From the NCBI GenBank assembly GCA_963796105.1, contig CAWCKJ010000004.1:1-64000 (forward strand): a DNA stretch of 64,000 nucleotides. The letters are read 5' to 3'. A program made the position numbers and the translations under genes. The DNA comes from a candidate division FCPU426 bacterium. GTDB lineage: Bacteria > Oederibacteriota > Muellerivitia > Muellerivitales > Muellerivitaceae. Below, piece by piece: positions 21,327 through 32,670 of this stretch (its first letter is position 1; each line of letters opens with the position of its first letter). The notes beneath the pieces are model-generated. The model was not told the DNA's origin. It searched no databases and saw only the letters and a list, made by a program, of their open reading frames with translations.

Positions 21327-24300
21327 ATGCCTTCATTTTCGGCTCATCCTTTCAACTTCTTCCTGATCCTGGCGGCACTCAATGCCCTTCTTGCCTATTC
21401 AAACTTGAATTGGCCCATTAAATTAATTGCGGCTGTCTTAGGTTTCGGAACATTGGGATGGGTCTACTTAAAAAACCGGGCTCCAGAATTTCACGAGGAA
21501 CCACCTCTTTTTTCGCGGGACATTTACACTCCCGCTCCCTGGTTATTGATTTTAACCTTCATGTTGGCCCTGGTTGCCAGACTATACAAACTGTCAACTT
21601 TTCTGGCTTTTCCCATCGTGGACGAAATCATAAGCGCTTACAACGCCATTCACATGAACAGCCATTGGACCTGGCCGTTTTTTTATTACGCCAGCCAAAC
21701 GCCGGCGCTGAATCTTTGGGTTTTATCCGCCGCAATAAAGTTCTTGGGTTTTTCCTTCCCAGTCCTCTGGCTGGTTCCAGCCATTTTTTCCTTCCTCAGT
21801 ATTATTTTTTACTACCTAGCCTTTCGTGTTTTTTTCTCAAGGTTTTTTTCATATGTATGTCTTCTTTTATTAGGTCTAACTTTTTGGCCGGTATTTATCG
21901 GACGTTTTTCACACAATGGACCACTAATGGTATTTTTCCAGGCCCTGACTTTTTGGATTCTAGCCAAGTTCGTCAGAGCTGATCCAAATCGTAAACACAT
22001 CGGACTTTCAATACTCTTGGGGTTTTTTCTCGGATTGGGTTTTTACACTTATTTCGCTTGGCTTCTTGTCGCTCTTTGCGTTGTTCTCACCCTGGGTGGT
22101 TATTTCCGCAATTCCTGGTCCAGCAGGAAAAAGGATCTAGTTATTTGCATGATGGTTGCTTTTTTCACGGTCCTGCCCCTGATAATTGCAGCACTGAAAG
22201 AAAATTTTGGGACGTATATCGGAATGCTATTCGTGTTTAACAAAAAGGGTAACGAAACCTTCAGCTGGCATTACTGGCAAAATGCCTTTCTATTCACGAA
22301 TTTTTTCTGGACGGGTTGGCCCAAATTCTTCTCGTACAATTCCGGTTGGGGCGGGCTCTTGAACCCCATCCTCGGGAGCTTTTTTTTCTTGGGGGTTTTA
22401 GAATGGTGGCGTCTTCGGCAATATCCCATGGCAAAATGGATGGCTGTCAGTGCCGCCGTCCTTTTCCTTCCCTGCCTTCTGGCCAACGATACCAATGGGT
22501 ACCACATGGCATCTCTACTTCCCATTTTCATCGCAATGATGGCCTTGGGCCTGAGTGTCGTTCTTGAGAGTCTTCCTAAAGCACCGGTAAAGCTTGTCAT
22601 TATATTCCCCGTTTTAATCCTTTCCATCTGTCTGGACTATGTAACTTTGGATAAATCAATGGCACACGCCAACAGGAACTTCAACGTCAACAATCCGATG
22701 GTCGCTCTATGCGAAAGTCTAAATAAAATCAATCAAACTTCCGGTCCTGGCCTGATTTATACTACCTGAATTTTGCGCCTAATAAAAAAACCATCTAGGA
22801 AACCATTATAGGATAAGGGTTGCGAAGCCAACTCATCCTAAAAGAGGGTCCCCCAGATGGTGAAACGTCAAGATACGCCTCAGAAATCAAACCCGCAAGT
22901 CCAGAAAAAAGCCAATCGAAACGGGAGAATCGCGCCCAAGATTACGGCCAATACTCCCGTAGGTATTTGCGAAGACCGCCTAACAGCTTTTGGCGGATTG
23001 TTGGCATTGGCGAAGATGTTCGACCTTCTTGATTTTGAGCGGGAATTCAAAAAACACTATGCCGCACCTAAACGCCTTCCGAATTTGGGCCACTACCGGA
23101 TGGTAAGCGGCATCCTAATGCTTCTTTTCATCGGGTTCCAAAGACTTGGCCATTTTGCCTACCTGCGGGGTGAGGTCATGCTGTGCGGTTTACTGCGGGT
23201 TCCCTTGTTGCCGGTAGTGACAACTTTTTGGAGATACCTGAGGTCGCTGGGGATCGGGCAGTCGGCATCGTTGCTGAATCTGAGTGGGGCGTTACGGGCC
23301 AAGGTTTGGGGACAGGTGAAATATGCCCCCAAGAAGGTGGAGATCAACATCGATACCACCACCGCAACGGTCTACGGAAATATCGAGGGAAGCCGAAAAG
23401 GATACAACCCCAAGCACCGGGGCAAGAAGGGACTGAGGCCCATTCTGTGTTTTCTCCAGGAAACCCGGGAATATTTGTGCGGAACCCAAAGACGCGGAAC
23501 CACCCTTAGTTCTGAGGAAGTGGCCCGCCAAATTAGACAATTCCGGCGACTCTTGCCGTCCTGTGTCCGGACGATTCTGGTGCGCGGTGACGGTGAAATG
23601 ATCGGCTGGGAAAGCGTGAAAGCCTGTGAAAAAGAAGGGTTTTCTTTCATCTTCGGGAACAAGCGGCATGACCCGCCTTTCACGAAAAAGGGTTGGTACC
23701 GCCATGGAGAACACGAATACAACGAATGTGTCCATCAACCCATAGGCTGGCAACAACCAGTCCGGTTTGTGGCGATGAGGACGCTGGATGAAAAAGCGCG
23801 GGAGAAACAATTGAGCCTTCCTGAAATGGAAGGATATGTCTACCGAATCTTCGCGACCAACTGTCTGGGAGCACCCCATCGGGTGGTTGAGGAATACGAC
23901 CTGCGCGCGGATGTGGAAAACCTGATTGGTGAGGCGCAACGGGAGGGGTTATTAGCAATTCCCTCTAAGAGTTTCCAAAGCCACCATGCTTTTTTCCAGA
24001 TCGTGATGCTGGCTTACAACCTCTGGAGGTGGATGAAACTAATGGTGGGCCATTGTGGAAAAGAAAAGCGACCGGGAAAGAAGCCACAGGAGAAGGAACA
24101 GATCACCATGCCGGACCATACCCTTCGGATCGCACGTTTGAAGATGCTCTTTGTAGCCGCCCGAATCCAGTATCACGGCCATCGGGATGTGGTGAGGTAT
24201 TCAATCCATGATGATAGGACAGCGGGCCTATTGGGTTTCCTCAAATACCTTGATCGAAAACGATTGGAAAGACCCAGGGCGGCCTAGAAGTGGCTTGGTG

Positions 24301-25087
24301 CAAAAAATTCTTTGCACATAAGTTCACTTCTGATGAAAATGGCCACTGTCGGGTCCCGATTCAGGCCGATCTGGCCACGGAATCGGTAAACTCGGTGCAA
24401 AATTCAGGTACTAATTTTTGCACTGATGTATGGATGCCTGTTTTCTTAACTTTAGGGACTTATTCTTTCAACCCCCTGGCCAACCCATCCATTGATTCGG
24501 AAAAAGCTTCCTGGGCATGCGTCATAACGGACGATGGATTCCGGATCCTGTTATCCCGTCTGTTTCCCGACGCTGTTTTTACAGAGTGGAAAGCAACTAC
24601 TCCCTCTGATTCAAGCCTTCAGGCTATCATCCCCCTTACCCCCTCCAACCGAAAAATCCTAGAAAACTGGAACGGCGCCGACAAAGTCATGCGGGAGTCC
24701 GATTTCATGCTTTTCAACCATCCTCTCTCCCAGCCTCTAGACAGCAACATCCAGTACCTTTTGGAACGGAGTTCCCCTTTTCAAGGTAATCCCTTCCTTG
24801 AGTTTTATTATTGGGGAAAACTGGCAAACATTTACTATCAGGACAAGCAATACACCCTTGCTATTCCCGCGTTCCAAAAAGCAACCCAGTTCGGGAGTAA
24901 CGGACTCGTGAATTACAATTTAGGGTATATTTTCATGACTGCAAGGCGTTACTCGGAGGCGAAAAAAACAATTCTGGAGGCGACTAAGTGGGATTCGAAG
25001 TACCAACCAGCACCTCAGTTCCTCCAAAAGTTGGATGAGCTGGCGGCCCAATCCCAATCCATGACCGGTCAGGAACCGGCCCATTAA
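21327..25087 (+). pseudogene. GT-C/PMT-family membrane glycosyltransferase with C-terminal TPR, interrupted by IS1380 copy 3
   Basis: IVDE motif and many TMs. Removing the IS restores LIYTNFCTDVWM in frame. TPR-like C-terminus. Confidence 0.8.
22765..24408 (+). mobile_element. IS1380-family element (copy 3); transposase 22857-24287
   Basis: IRs as above; TSD TACTA at 22760-22764 and 24409-24413. Confidence 0.95.
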
Positions 25088-25293
25088 AACAACTTGTGTT
25101 AACTGATTGGGCTTGTAAATGCGGACGCTAAACACATCTTTCATTATTTTCTGAAAAGACACCAACCTGATGTTAAAAGTATTTGAATGAACCCAGCGCA
25201 TTTTATTCAAGAAATAGCAATGGGGAAAAAGTCTATAAATCCGACTTCTTCCCCATGCCTTATTTCGGATATATATTCCGAAAAGATTGAGTA

Positions 25294-26559
25294 TTATTCG
25301 ACGGTCGTCTCAAGAATCGCCTCAATTGTTGCACCTGCGAGGGACGGAGCGCCAACTAAATTAAATGCAAATTGCCAAGTTCCCGAAGAGTAATACGGGA
25401 TCTTCGGCTTTTCCCTGTTTAGGCGATAATCAAATGTATAAATCGCTTTTCCGCCGGTTGAGACGACCGGTATATTGGCATATACCCGGTCAATCGTATC
25501 GTTAGCGTTCCCAGTGGTCGGGTTGGCGGTATATTTGGTTATCGTTGGCGCTTCGGTTGTTCCCCTAAATGGGTCCGCAGGGTTTCCCGTTTGGGTTGTT
25601 GAAGTTCCAGCGCTGTCTAAAGTAGATCGCCGGATTAAATCAATACCTTGTGCGAAAACAGCGGTTGTAGCACCAACATACAGTATCGCCCTTTCAAGCA
25701 CCAAATCTCCCGCCGTTGTGCTTCCTTCATAAGGTGTTATAGTCAGGAAATCGGTTGTAGCCGCCGCTGGGGTAAAAGATGGGACTTGCGCTCTCCATCC
25801 AGGTTGTGTTTTTTGTGATGCAGCGTAAAAAGTTGATGCAAAATGACAGCCTTGAACATACCCAGACAAGGCTATAGATGAGGCAATGTTTATCTTTTGA
25901 ATGCCGCTGCCATCCAAAACTAAAACACCTTCACCATTTCCTTGATGCGCAATTTTGTATAGTTGGTTTTGATTTATATTTCCCTGAGAATCTGTAACTT
26001 GATTTCCATACACATCATAAATAGGCGGAAATACATTATTACCATTATATGCCACACAACCAATGAAGATATTATTTGCACCTGATGCAGGACTCGAAAA
26101 AAATATTAAAATCGTTGGACACGCATTAAGAAAAGTAGCTATGGTTGCCGGGCCTCCACCTGGGTACGAATAAGAATAGGTTTCATCCGTTGATGCTACG
26201 ATTGAAGCCGGGGCACTTGGACTTGATCCCGGCATGACTGGAATTTCAATTCCATTCCCGACATCTACGGTCAAGGTATCATTCAACACGGTCGAGAAAA
26301 AGGTGATGGTTGCGGGAATCCCGAAATTGTCGTCAAACCGGTAAAGTTGTCCGATAACAACCGCAATGGTTGATGGGTTTCCGTTTATCGATGCGGTGAT
26401 AACCCCGGATGCGGCGGTAACCTTGAAAAAATTCCCGCTCGTAGGAAGGTTAATAGCTGCGTTTATGGCTTGATTACCCCCAATTTTTATGGTTTCGATA
26501 AAAGGCCATGTATTTGCCTCACGCCCCGCTTCCTGTCCGTCTTTAAAAATTTGGTTCAT
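25294..26559 (-). CDS. Beta-rich Thr/Gly/Ala-rich hypothetical protein (possibly virion/surface structural)
   Basis: 421 aa from the ATG at 26559, 7 bp from the IS21 end; composition only. Confidence 0.55.
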   Translation of the reverse strand: MNQIFKDGQEAGREANTWPFIETIKIGGNQAINAAINLPTSGNFFKVTAASGVITASINGNPSTIAVVIGQLYRFDDNFGIPATITFFSTVLNDTLTVDVGNGIEIPVMPGSSPSAPASIVASTDETYSYSYPGGGPATIATFLNACPTILIFFSSPASGANNIFIGCVAYNGNNVFPPIYDVYGNQVTDSQGNINQNQLYKIAHQGNGEGVLVLDGSGIQKINIASSIALSGYVQGCHFASTFYAASQKTQPGWRAQVPSFTPAAATTDFLTITPYEGSTTAGDLVLERAILYVGATTAVFAQGIDLIRRSTLDSAGTSTTQTGNPADPFRGTTEAPTITKYTANPTTGNANDTIDRVYANIPVVSTGGKAIYTFDYRLNREKPKIPYYSSGTWQFAFNLVGAPSLAGATIEAILETTVE

Positions 26560-26670
26560 TGTCTTTTGTCCCCGCCGGTTGAAAAGTGTGACGGTGGGCG
26601 GTCCAAAAGTGTGACACCCCCCGCCTTCCACGAGCCTTACGGTTCATGGTCGTTGGTTTGTCTTTAGTCT

Positions 26671-27447
26671 TTACCCTTCCTTCTTGTCTTTGTGCCTTAG
26701 CCGTTTTTTCGATTCTGTTAATCTATAACTTTGGCCGTTGGCCTCCAGAATATGCACCCGATGGGTCAAACGGTCAATAAGAGCCCCCGTCATCCTCTCA
26801 GAACCCATGATTTCCACCCAGTTTTCGAAGGGCAGGTTGGTCGTTACCAGCAGGCTGGTCCGCTCGTAGGCCTTGCTGACAACCTCGAAGAGCAACTCGG
26901 CCCCCGCCTTGGTGAAAGGCACGTAACCCAGTTCATCCAGGACGATCAGATGGAGCCTGGCTAGCTGACGGTGGAACTTGGCCAATTGTTTCTCCTCCCG
27001 GCGCTCCAGAAGCTCCGTCACTAGGCCGGTGACGGAGAAGAACTTTACCGCTCGGCCCTGGCAACAGGCCTGGAAGGCTAGGGCCGAGGCCAGATGGGTT
27101 TTACCCGTTCCGGAGTTGCCGATCAGCAGGATGTTTTCTTTTTTGTCCATGTACTCGCCCCGCATGAGTTCCCGGATTAATTCCTGGTTGATCGAGGGCT
27201 GGGCCTTGAAATCAAATGTGTCCAAAGTCTTGAGCACGGGAAAACCGGCATCCCGGATGCGCCTCTCCTTGGCCCGGCGCTCCCGATCCAGAAGCTCTAA
27301 CTCGGCCAGCTTGAGAAGGTACTGGGGATAGTCGCTGCGCTCAGTGCGGCAGAGCTGGGCCATCTTGTCGTACTCGCGCTGCATCGTGGGCAGTTTGAGT
27401 TTTTTGAGATGATGTTCCAGTAAGAGGGTCTTTTTTGATTCGCTCAT
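26671..27447 (-). CDS. istB: IstB ATPase
   Basis: GNSGTGKT, LDELGY, TTNLPF, DRLTH. Confidence 0.95.
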   Translation of the reverse strand: MSESKKTLLLEHHLKKLKLPTMQREYDKMAQLCRTERSDYPQYLLKLAELELLDRERRAKERRIRDAGFPVLKTLDTFDFKAQPSINQELIRELMRGEYMDKKENILLIGNSGTGKTHLASALAFQACCQGRAVKFFSVTGLVTELLERREEKQLAKFHRQLARLHLIVLDELGYVPFTKAGAELLFEVVSKAYERTSLLVTTNLPFENWVEIMGSERMTGALIDRLTHRVHILEANGQSYRLTESKKRLRHKDKKEG

Positions 27448-28943
27448 GCTTCACCTCCCACGGGCATCAGTTCGCGGTAGGCCGAAAGATCCGTCCGGGC
27501 CACCTGAACATGACGCAAGTGCTCACGACCGGCAAGGCTGAAGGTGGTTAGCCTGAAATCTTCCCTGGAGTAGAGAAGTTGAGCGACAGCGTCTCGGGTA
27601 TAGATCTCCATCCCCACGGCCTTCTTCACTGCCCGGTGGAGCCTGCCCATGGAATGTTTTTCCAAAAGCCTCATCGTCTTGATGAATTCCCGTGTTCCCT
27701 CGCCGTGGAGCTTTTCCTTGGATTTCATACGGCGGTGCAGAAGGGTGAAACTTTCCGGAAGATTCCAGTCTTCCAGGGGTCTGGCATGATCAAATGCTCC
27801 CGGTTTTCCCTCCAAGATCGCCAAATAATGCACTGGATTGAAGGATATGCCTTCCTTGCACCAAAGGCGATCATGCTTCGCAATACGTTTGTCCCTGTAG
27901 AAAACATCCACCCGGTCGATGTATCCCTTCACCACTACAGGATGGTGTGCCCACTCCGAAGGCACAGAATAGTCGTTGGTGTCGAAACGCACCAGGGACG
28001 AGGACGTTGCCGTTGTGGACTGCTTCAGACAGGCGTCAAAAGATGTGGCCGGCAAAGGCCGGAATTTGGCCTTATCCTCGTCAAGAAGCTGTTTTTTGGG
28101 GAGGAACTTGCCGCGCAATTTTCGTTCGAGATCCTCGCGGCATTTCACTTTCAATTGTTCGTTTAGTTCTTCTAGGGTTCCCACTTGCGGCACTGGCACC
28201 ATGAAATTTAGCCGGACATATTTCACCCCGCCTTCCACGACACCTTTTTCATTTCCACGGCGTATCGTGCAAAAGTGGTGATCAAAGAGATAGTGGCTTT
28301 CCAACTGCTGAAAACTCCGTGCCAACACCCGTTTATGCACCCCGATAATTTTCGTCACGAGGGTTTTGGCGTTGTCGTAACTGATCCGCCAGGGCACTCC
28401 ACCAAAGTATTCAAAAGCCCGGATGTGGCCTTCCCACACAAACTCCGTACTCTCTCGCTCAAACATCTGTACGAAAAAGGCATCCGAATAGGGCAAGGCC
28501 ATTACAAAAAACGGACGTTTGACCAACACACCGTTGAGCTTCACCAAGGCGTGCCCAAAATCCACCTGCGCCTCGCCGGGTCGGTGGATCAAAGGTACGA
28601 ACACCTCGCTATTTCTCTTTTTAATCCCCCGGACCGCTCTTTTTACCTGGGTATAACAGCCGGTGTATCCATCTTCGGCTTTCAGGCGTTCAAAAATGCG
28701 CTTAGCGCTGTGGCGCTGTTTTTTGTGGACGTGCTTGTCGTCCTCCAGGATTTGCTTGATCCGACCCAGGAAAGGCCCTACCTTCGGTTGGGGCCTCTCT
28801 TGACTCATTTGGTAACCTGGAGGCTCACTATTGGCGAGTATTTTCTTGAGGGTTTCCCAGTGAATGCCTTCTTCTGCCATCACCTGGCGCTTGGGAACGC
28901 CCTCCACCAGGATTTTCTTGCGGATTTTCGTCCATTTGTCCAT
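27444..28943 (-). CDS. istA: IstA transposase
   Basis: QVDFG, FGGVP..YDN, EKGVVE, YSVP. Confidence 0.93.
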   Translation of the reverse strand: MDKWTKIRKKILVEGVPKRQVMAEEGIHWETLKKILANSEPPGYQMSQERPQPKVGPFLGRIKQILEDDKHVHKKQRHSAKRIFERLKAEDGYTGCYTQVKRAVRGIKKRNSEVFVPLIHRPGEAQVDFGHALVKLNGVLVKRPFFVMALPYSDAFFVQMFERESTEFVWEGHIRAFEYFGGVPWRISYDNAKTLVTKIIGVHKRVLARSFQQLESHYLFDHHFCTIRRGNEKGVVEGGVKYVRLNFMVPVPQVGTLEELNEQLKVKCREDLERKLRGKFLPKKQLLDEDKAKFRPLPATSFDACLKQSTTATSSSLVRFDTNDYSVPSEWAHHPVVVKGYIDRVDVFYRDKRIAKHDRLWCKEGISFNPVHYLAILEGKPGAFDHARPLEDWNLPESFTLLHRRMKSKEKLHGEGTREFIKTMRLLEKHSMGRLHRAVKKAVGMEIYTRDAVAQLLYSREDFRLTTFSLAGREHLRHVQVARTDLSAYRELMPVGGEA

Positions 28944-29079
28944 GTCTTTGTACACTCCTTTTCCTTCCGGTTTCTGTAGTTCCATTTTCTGGAACCACAT
29001 CATCCCGGAAAATCGGGGAGCGTCACACTTTTCGACCGCCTTTTTTGCCCTCTAGACCGTCACACTTTTGGAACGGCGT

Positions 29080-29511
29080 TTACACGTCGAGTTTTGCCTG
29101 GTCGTCTAATTTCCTAGCACAAAATCGAAAAGGTATATCATCTGAAACTGATAGCCGCTCTAAGAAACCATATATTTTCAAATGCAGGCCCCCCCACCTA
29201 TTGGCACCCCCTAGGCTATGCGAATAAAGTCGAACCCGGGTGACACCCGATTGGGTTTCGCAATACATCAAATCTAAATCCTTACCTCCCAAAATATTGA
29301 TGGGTTTATCCAAAATGAAGATCGGTTCTTTCCAAGTTTGTTTTACCCGCCTTTCCTCGCCTTGTTCCAACACGTAAGAAACCGTCCCTGATAGCGTAAT
29401 ATTTGTCTTTGTTGCATAGGTTTTATTTTTTGCGAGCGCGGATTGGGCAAGGACATTCACGGTTAATACCCAAGCGGAAATAATCAATAATTTTTTCATT
29501 AGCAGATTCAT
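29080..29511 (-). CDS. Secreted hypothetical protein, probably 3'-truncated by IS21
   Basis: Signal peptide; the stop codon comes from the IS21 terminus. Confidence 0.6.
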   Translation of the reverse strand: MNLLMKKLLIISAWVLTVNVLAQSALAKNKTYATKTNITLSGTVSYVLEQGEERRVKQTWKEPIFILDKPINILGGKDLDLMYCETQSGVTRVRLYSHSLGGANRWGGLHLKIYGFLERLSVSDDIPFRFCARKLDDQAKLDV

Positions 29512-29548
29512 ATGATCCTTCCGCCCATCAGAAGGCGAGTTAATTGTT

Positions 29549-29576
29549 TGTCTACGATGGGTCCCCGGCGTGAACG
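29549..29576. repeat. 28-bp palindromic site A
   Basis: TGTCTACGATG-GGTCCC-CGGCGTGAACG. Confidence 0.7.
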
Positions 29577-29616
29577 ATCTAATCGATCAGCTATTACTGT
29601 CCCAGGAATATACCCC

Positions 29617-30273
29617 TCAAAATTGAGGGCGGAGGGCTGCCTTGGCCGCCTTCAATAATTCATCCGGATCAACCCGAACTTTGATGTCCGGGTTGTAATA
29701 TACGAAATGAATGATACCCTTTTGATCTGCCACATAAGCCGCCGGAACCGGCAGTTGATGGAGAGTATTGCCGGTGGCCGAATCCAGATCCACGCCGAAT
29801 TGTTTCATCTTGGAAAGAATTTCGGGACTCACCCGGTAAGCCAGTCCAAATTTCCCTGTCATTTCCATCGAGCTGTCCGAGAGCAGGGTATAGTTGAGGT
29901 GGTGTTTATCGAGGCTTTCTTTGAGCTTTTCGGGCTTATCAGGGCTGATGGCCAGAACCTGATAACCTAATTCCACGAGTTTTGGTTCGATTTTGACCAG
30001 CTGCCCCATCTGCAGGTTGCAATAGGGGCACCAGCCCCCCCGGTAAAAAATAAGAACTGTTGGTTTTTGGGTGATAAGCTTTTTAAATTCCACCTTCTTG
30101 CCAATGAGCGTTGTAAGCATGCCGTCCGGCACGGAATCCCCCATTTTAAGGGGGTGTACATCTTCAGCTTTGTCCGCCACGGAATGGTTCGTTGATCCTG
30201 CCATGAGATTCCCCCTTGAGAAAAACATAAAAAGGCAAAGCGCGCTAATAAATAAAACCGATTCTCCTTTCAT
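29617..30273 (-). CDS. Peroxiredoxin-like (AhpC/TSA) protein
   Basis: FYRGGWCPYCN, LAISPD, LPVPAAYV. Confidence 0.88.
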   Translation of the reverse strand: MKGESVLFISALCLFMFFSRGNLMAGSTNHSVADKAEDVHPLKMGDSVPDGMLTTLIGKKVEFKKLITQKPTVLIFYRGGWCPYCNLQMGQLVKIEPKLVELGYQVLAISPDKPEKLKESLDKHHLNYTLLSDSSMEMTGKFGLAYRVSPEILSKMKQFGVDLDSATGNTLHQLPVPAAYVADQKGIIHFVYYNPDIKVRVDPDELLKAAKAALRPQF

Positions 30274-30328
30274 TCCGATACCTTTCCCTATTCCTTTAGT
30301 TATTTTTTTTAAACCTGGAAGCGCGGCC

Positions 30329-32059
30329 TCATCCAAAGGTGAAGGCATAAACGGCGGTGCCCTTGTCGTCGAATTTGACGCGAAGACGGTGGGAACCAGG
30401 CTTTCCTTTCAAATCCACCAGGTAATACAGCCTTTGGGTATCCAGGAGCACCTTCCCGTCCCGCACATCCCCCCCGGCCCCGTCGTCAATTGCCTTTCCA
30501 TCCAGGGTCAGGGAAACCTGGCCGCCCTTTTGACCGGGCCCAATCACGAGATAAACCTTATCCGCCGTAAATTGGATTTCCAAAGCCGAGCCCTTTTTCG
30601 GTTTCGCGGCCTCGCCCGTGAGCGTCCAAATGCCCTCATAGGCGATATGGTGCAAGGGCAGGGACGCGGGAAGCGAATATTTTCTCTTGCCTAAAATCGG
30701 GCGTTCCTTGGAGGCGAACCGCTCCAGCCGGTCCAAGCCCAGGTAGGATTCGGGTGTTTGGTCGTAATCGGATTCCTGGGCCTCCATGGCGGATGCCGCG
30801 GACGCGGCGGGATGCCCGGCCTCGGCGAGAAGCTCACCTATGGCGGCGTCCATCTCGTCGTAATGACCTTCCCCGAAATGTTCCAGGCGGATATGCCCCT
30901 TGGCGTCGATAAGGTACTCGGCGGGCCAGCTGTCGTTGTGGAAAGCGTTCCAAGTTTGATAGCCGTTGTCCTGGGCCACGGGATAAAGGATGCTGAACTG
31001 CGCCAGGGCTTTTTGGACGTTGCTGGTTTCCTTTTCAAACGCGAACTCAGGCGTATGGACGCCCACCAGGACGAAATGGTCGGGACCGTATTTTTGGTAC
31101 CAGGCTTTCGCATAGGGCAGGGTCCTCAGGCAGTTGATACAGCTGTAGGTCCAAAAATCCACGAGGACGACCTTGCCCCGGAGTTTTTCCAGGGTGAGGG
31201 GCCCGCCGTTCAGCCAGGCGGAGATGCCAGTGAATTCCGGGGCCGGGCCCAGGTCCGCGAGCTTTCCTTGCGAGGCATCCACGGCTTTGGTGGGCGCCCT
31301 GCCCCTGAGGGCGTCCAACTGGCCGCTAACGAGCTTGTTGTTTTCCACGCCGTTGATGAGGTTGCCGTAGCTGGGGAAAGCCTCCAGTACCTTGAGTTGG
31401 ATCGTCTTGTCGTAATTGGTGTAAATCAAAACCGCCACGCAAATCATGACCAGGCCGAAAACCTGCTGGATGCGGCCCGTGAACTTCGTCACCCGGCGCA
31501 TCCTGCCGAACAGCCAGGAGCCGCCGAGGGAGACCAGGAACAGGGGGATCCCCAGGCCCAGAACGTAGGCCAGGGTCACGAGAAGCACTTGGAGGTTGAC
31601 CGCCTGGGTGGCGGCCAGGGTGGCGATTGTGGCCAGGATCGGGCCCGCGCAAGGCGCCCAGACCAAGCCGATTGAGAAACCCGCCACGTAACCCGCGCCG
31701 AAACCCGTTCCTTCCCCTTTTCCCTGGAAGCGGCTTTGAAGCGGCTGGAGGACGCGGCTGATCCAGGCCTCGAATTTCGCGCCAAGGGAGGGAAACAAAA
31801 GGAAGATGCCCAAGAGCGAGATGATCCCGACTGCCACAAGGCGGAACACATTGGGGCTGATATGAAGGAAGCTCTCCAGGTAGGAGATGAACAAGGTAAA
31901 GAGAGTGAAGCTGGTCATCACCCCCAGCGTCAGGCCGAAGGGTTTGCGCTTGCCCCCCGTGGAGGAGACGGATAGAACCAGCGGCAAGAGGGGCCAGATG
32001 CAAGGGGCCAGGATGGTGGCGAAACCCGCCAGGAAACTGAAGAAAAGAAGAAAAATCAT
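30329..32059 (-). CDS. dipZ: DipZ (CcdA/DsbD TM domain + thioredoxin-like + C-terminal domain)
   Basis: APCIWP, WAPCAGP, FWTYSCINC, HTPEF, AFTFG. Confidence 0.9.
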   Translation of the reverse strand: MIFLLFFSFLAGFATILAPCIWPLLPLVLSVSSTGGKRKPFGLTLGVMTSFTLFTLFISYLESFLHISPNVFRLVAVGIISLLGIFLLFPSLGAKFEAWISRVLQPLQSRFQGKGEGTGFGAGYVAGFSIGLVWAPCAGPILATIATLAATQAVNLQVLLVTLAYVLGLGIPLFLVSLGGSWLFGRMRRVTKFTGRIQQVFGLVMICVAVLIYTNYDKTIQLKVLEAFPSYGNLINGVENNKLVSGQLDALRGRAPTKAVDASQGKLADLGPAPEFTGISAWLNGGPLTLEKLRGKVVLVDFWTYSCINCLRTLPYAKAWYQKYGPDHFVLVGVHTPEFAFEKETSNVQKALAQFSILYPVAQDNGYQTWNAFHNDSWPAEYLIDAKGHIRLEHFGEGHYDEMDAAIGELLAEAGHPAASAASAMEAQESDYDQTPESYLGLDRLERFASKERPILGKRKYSLPASLPLHHIAYEGIWTLTGEAAKPKKGSALEIQFTADKVYLVIGPGQKGGQVSLTLDGKAIDDGAGGDVRDGKVLLDTQRLYYLVDLKGKPGSHRLRVKFDDKGTAVYAFTFG

Positions 32060-32237
32060 CTCGCCCCCCCCTTCATGGCGCGTATTGGAACTAATTAATT
32101 CATCTACCTATGACGTTATTTGCGGAATAAATTTAAAGTAAGAGGGCAAAAAAAATCGGGTGAATTTTGAAAAATTCACCCGATCATAAGAAATTTCCGG
32201 CGCAAAAACTGAAACTACTACTGACTAGGTGTCGAAA

Positions 32238-32480
32238 TTACTTTGCGGCAGGAGCTGCAGCATCCGGGGTGGCAGCAGCGGCATCCTTCTTCATCATCTT
32301 CTTAGTCATTTTCTTCTTCGTCATCTTCTTCTTACTCATTTTCTTCTTCATCATCATCTTATCAGACTTCATAGCAGCACCCGGGGTAGCAGCAGCGGGA
32401 GCAGCAGCATCATCAGCCAATGCCACACCGACTGCACCCAAGAACAACATGGTCATCAAAACAGCGAATAAACGCTTCAT
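32238..32480 (-). CDS. Small secreted Met/Lys-rich repeat protein
   Basis: Signal peptide; repeated KKKMT units; GGAGG RBS. Confidence 0.8.
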   Translation of the reverse strand: MKRLFAVLMTMLFLGAVGVALADDAAAPAAATPGAAMKSDKMMMKKKMSKKKMTKKKMTKKMMKKDAAAATPDAAAPAAK

Positions 32481-32639
32481 CTACAACCTCCTTAAAATTA
32501 AGGAACAGTGAACTATCCCCTGTTCCCGTTAAAAAATAAAATTTCCCGTCAATCCCGATAACGAGGAAGTCAATATAATAAGGTTTGAATTTTCTTTATA
32601 CAACTTATTTCCCGATTGTTGAAAATGTCCAGCATGTAA

Positions 32640-32670
32640 AGAAAAAAGCCCCACAAACGCAGGGCTTTTT
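32640..32670 (-). terminator. Intrinsic terminator
   Basis: AAAAAGCCC-loop-GGGCTTTTT. Confidence 0.6.

Larger units (their letters stand above)
26567..29084 (-). mobile_element. IS21-family element
   Basis: Ends TGTCCCCGCCGGTTGAAAAGTGTGACGG and TGTAAACGCCGTTCCAAAAGTGTGACGG with repeated AAAAGTGTGAC boxes; istA-istB inside. Confidence 0.92.

Noticed and set aside
11587..24408. Composite transposon formed by inverted IS1380 copies 2 and 3
   Set aside because: Each copy has its own TSD and interrupts a gene that rejoins in frame.
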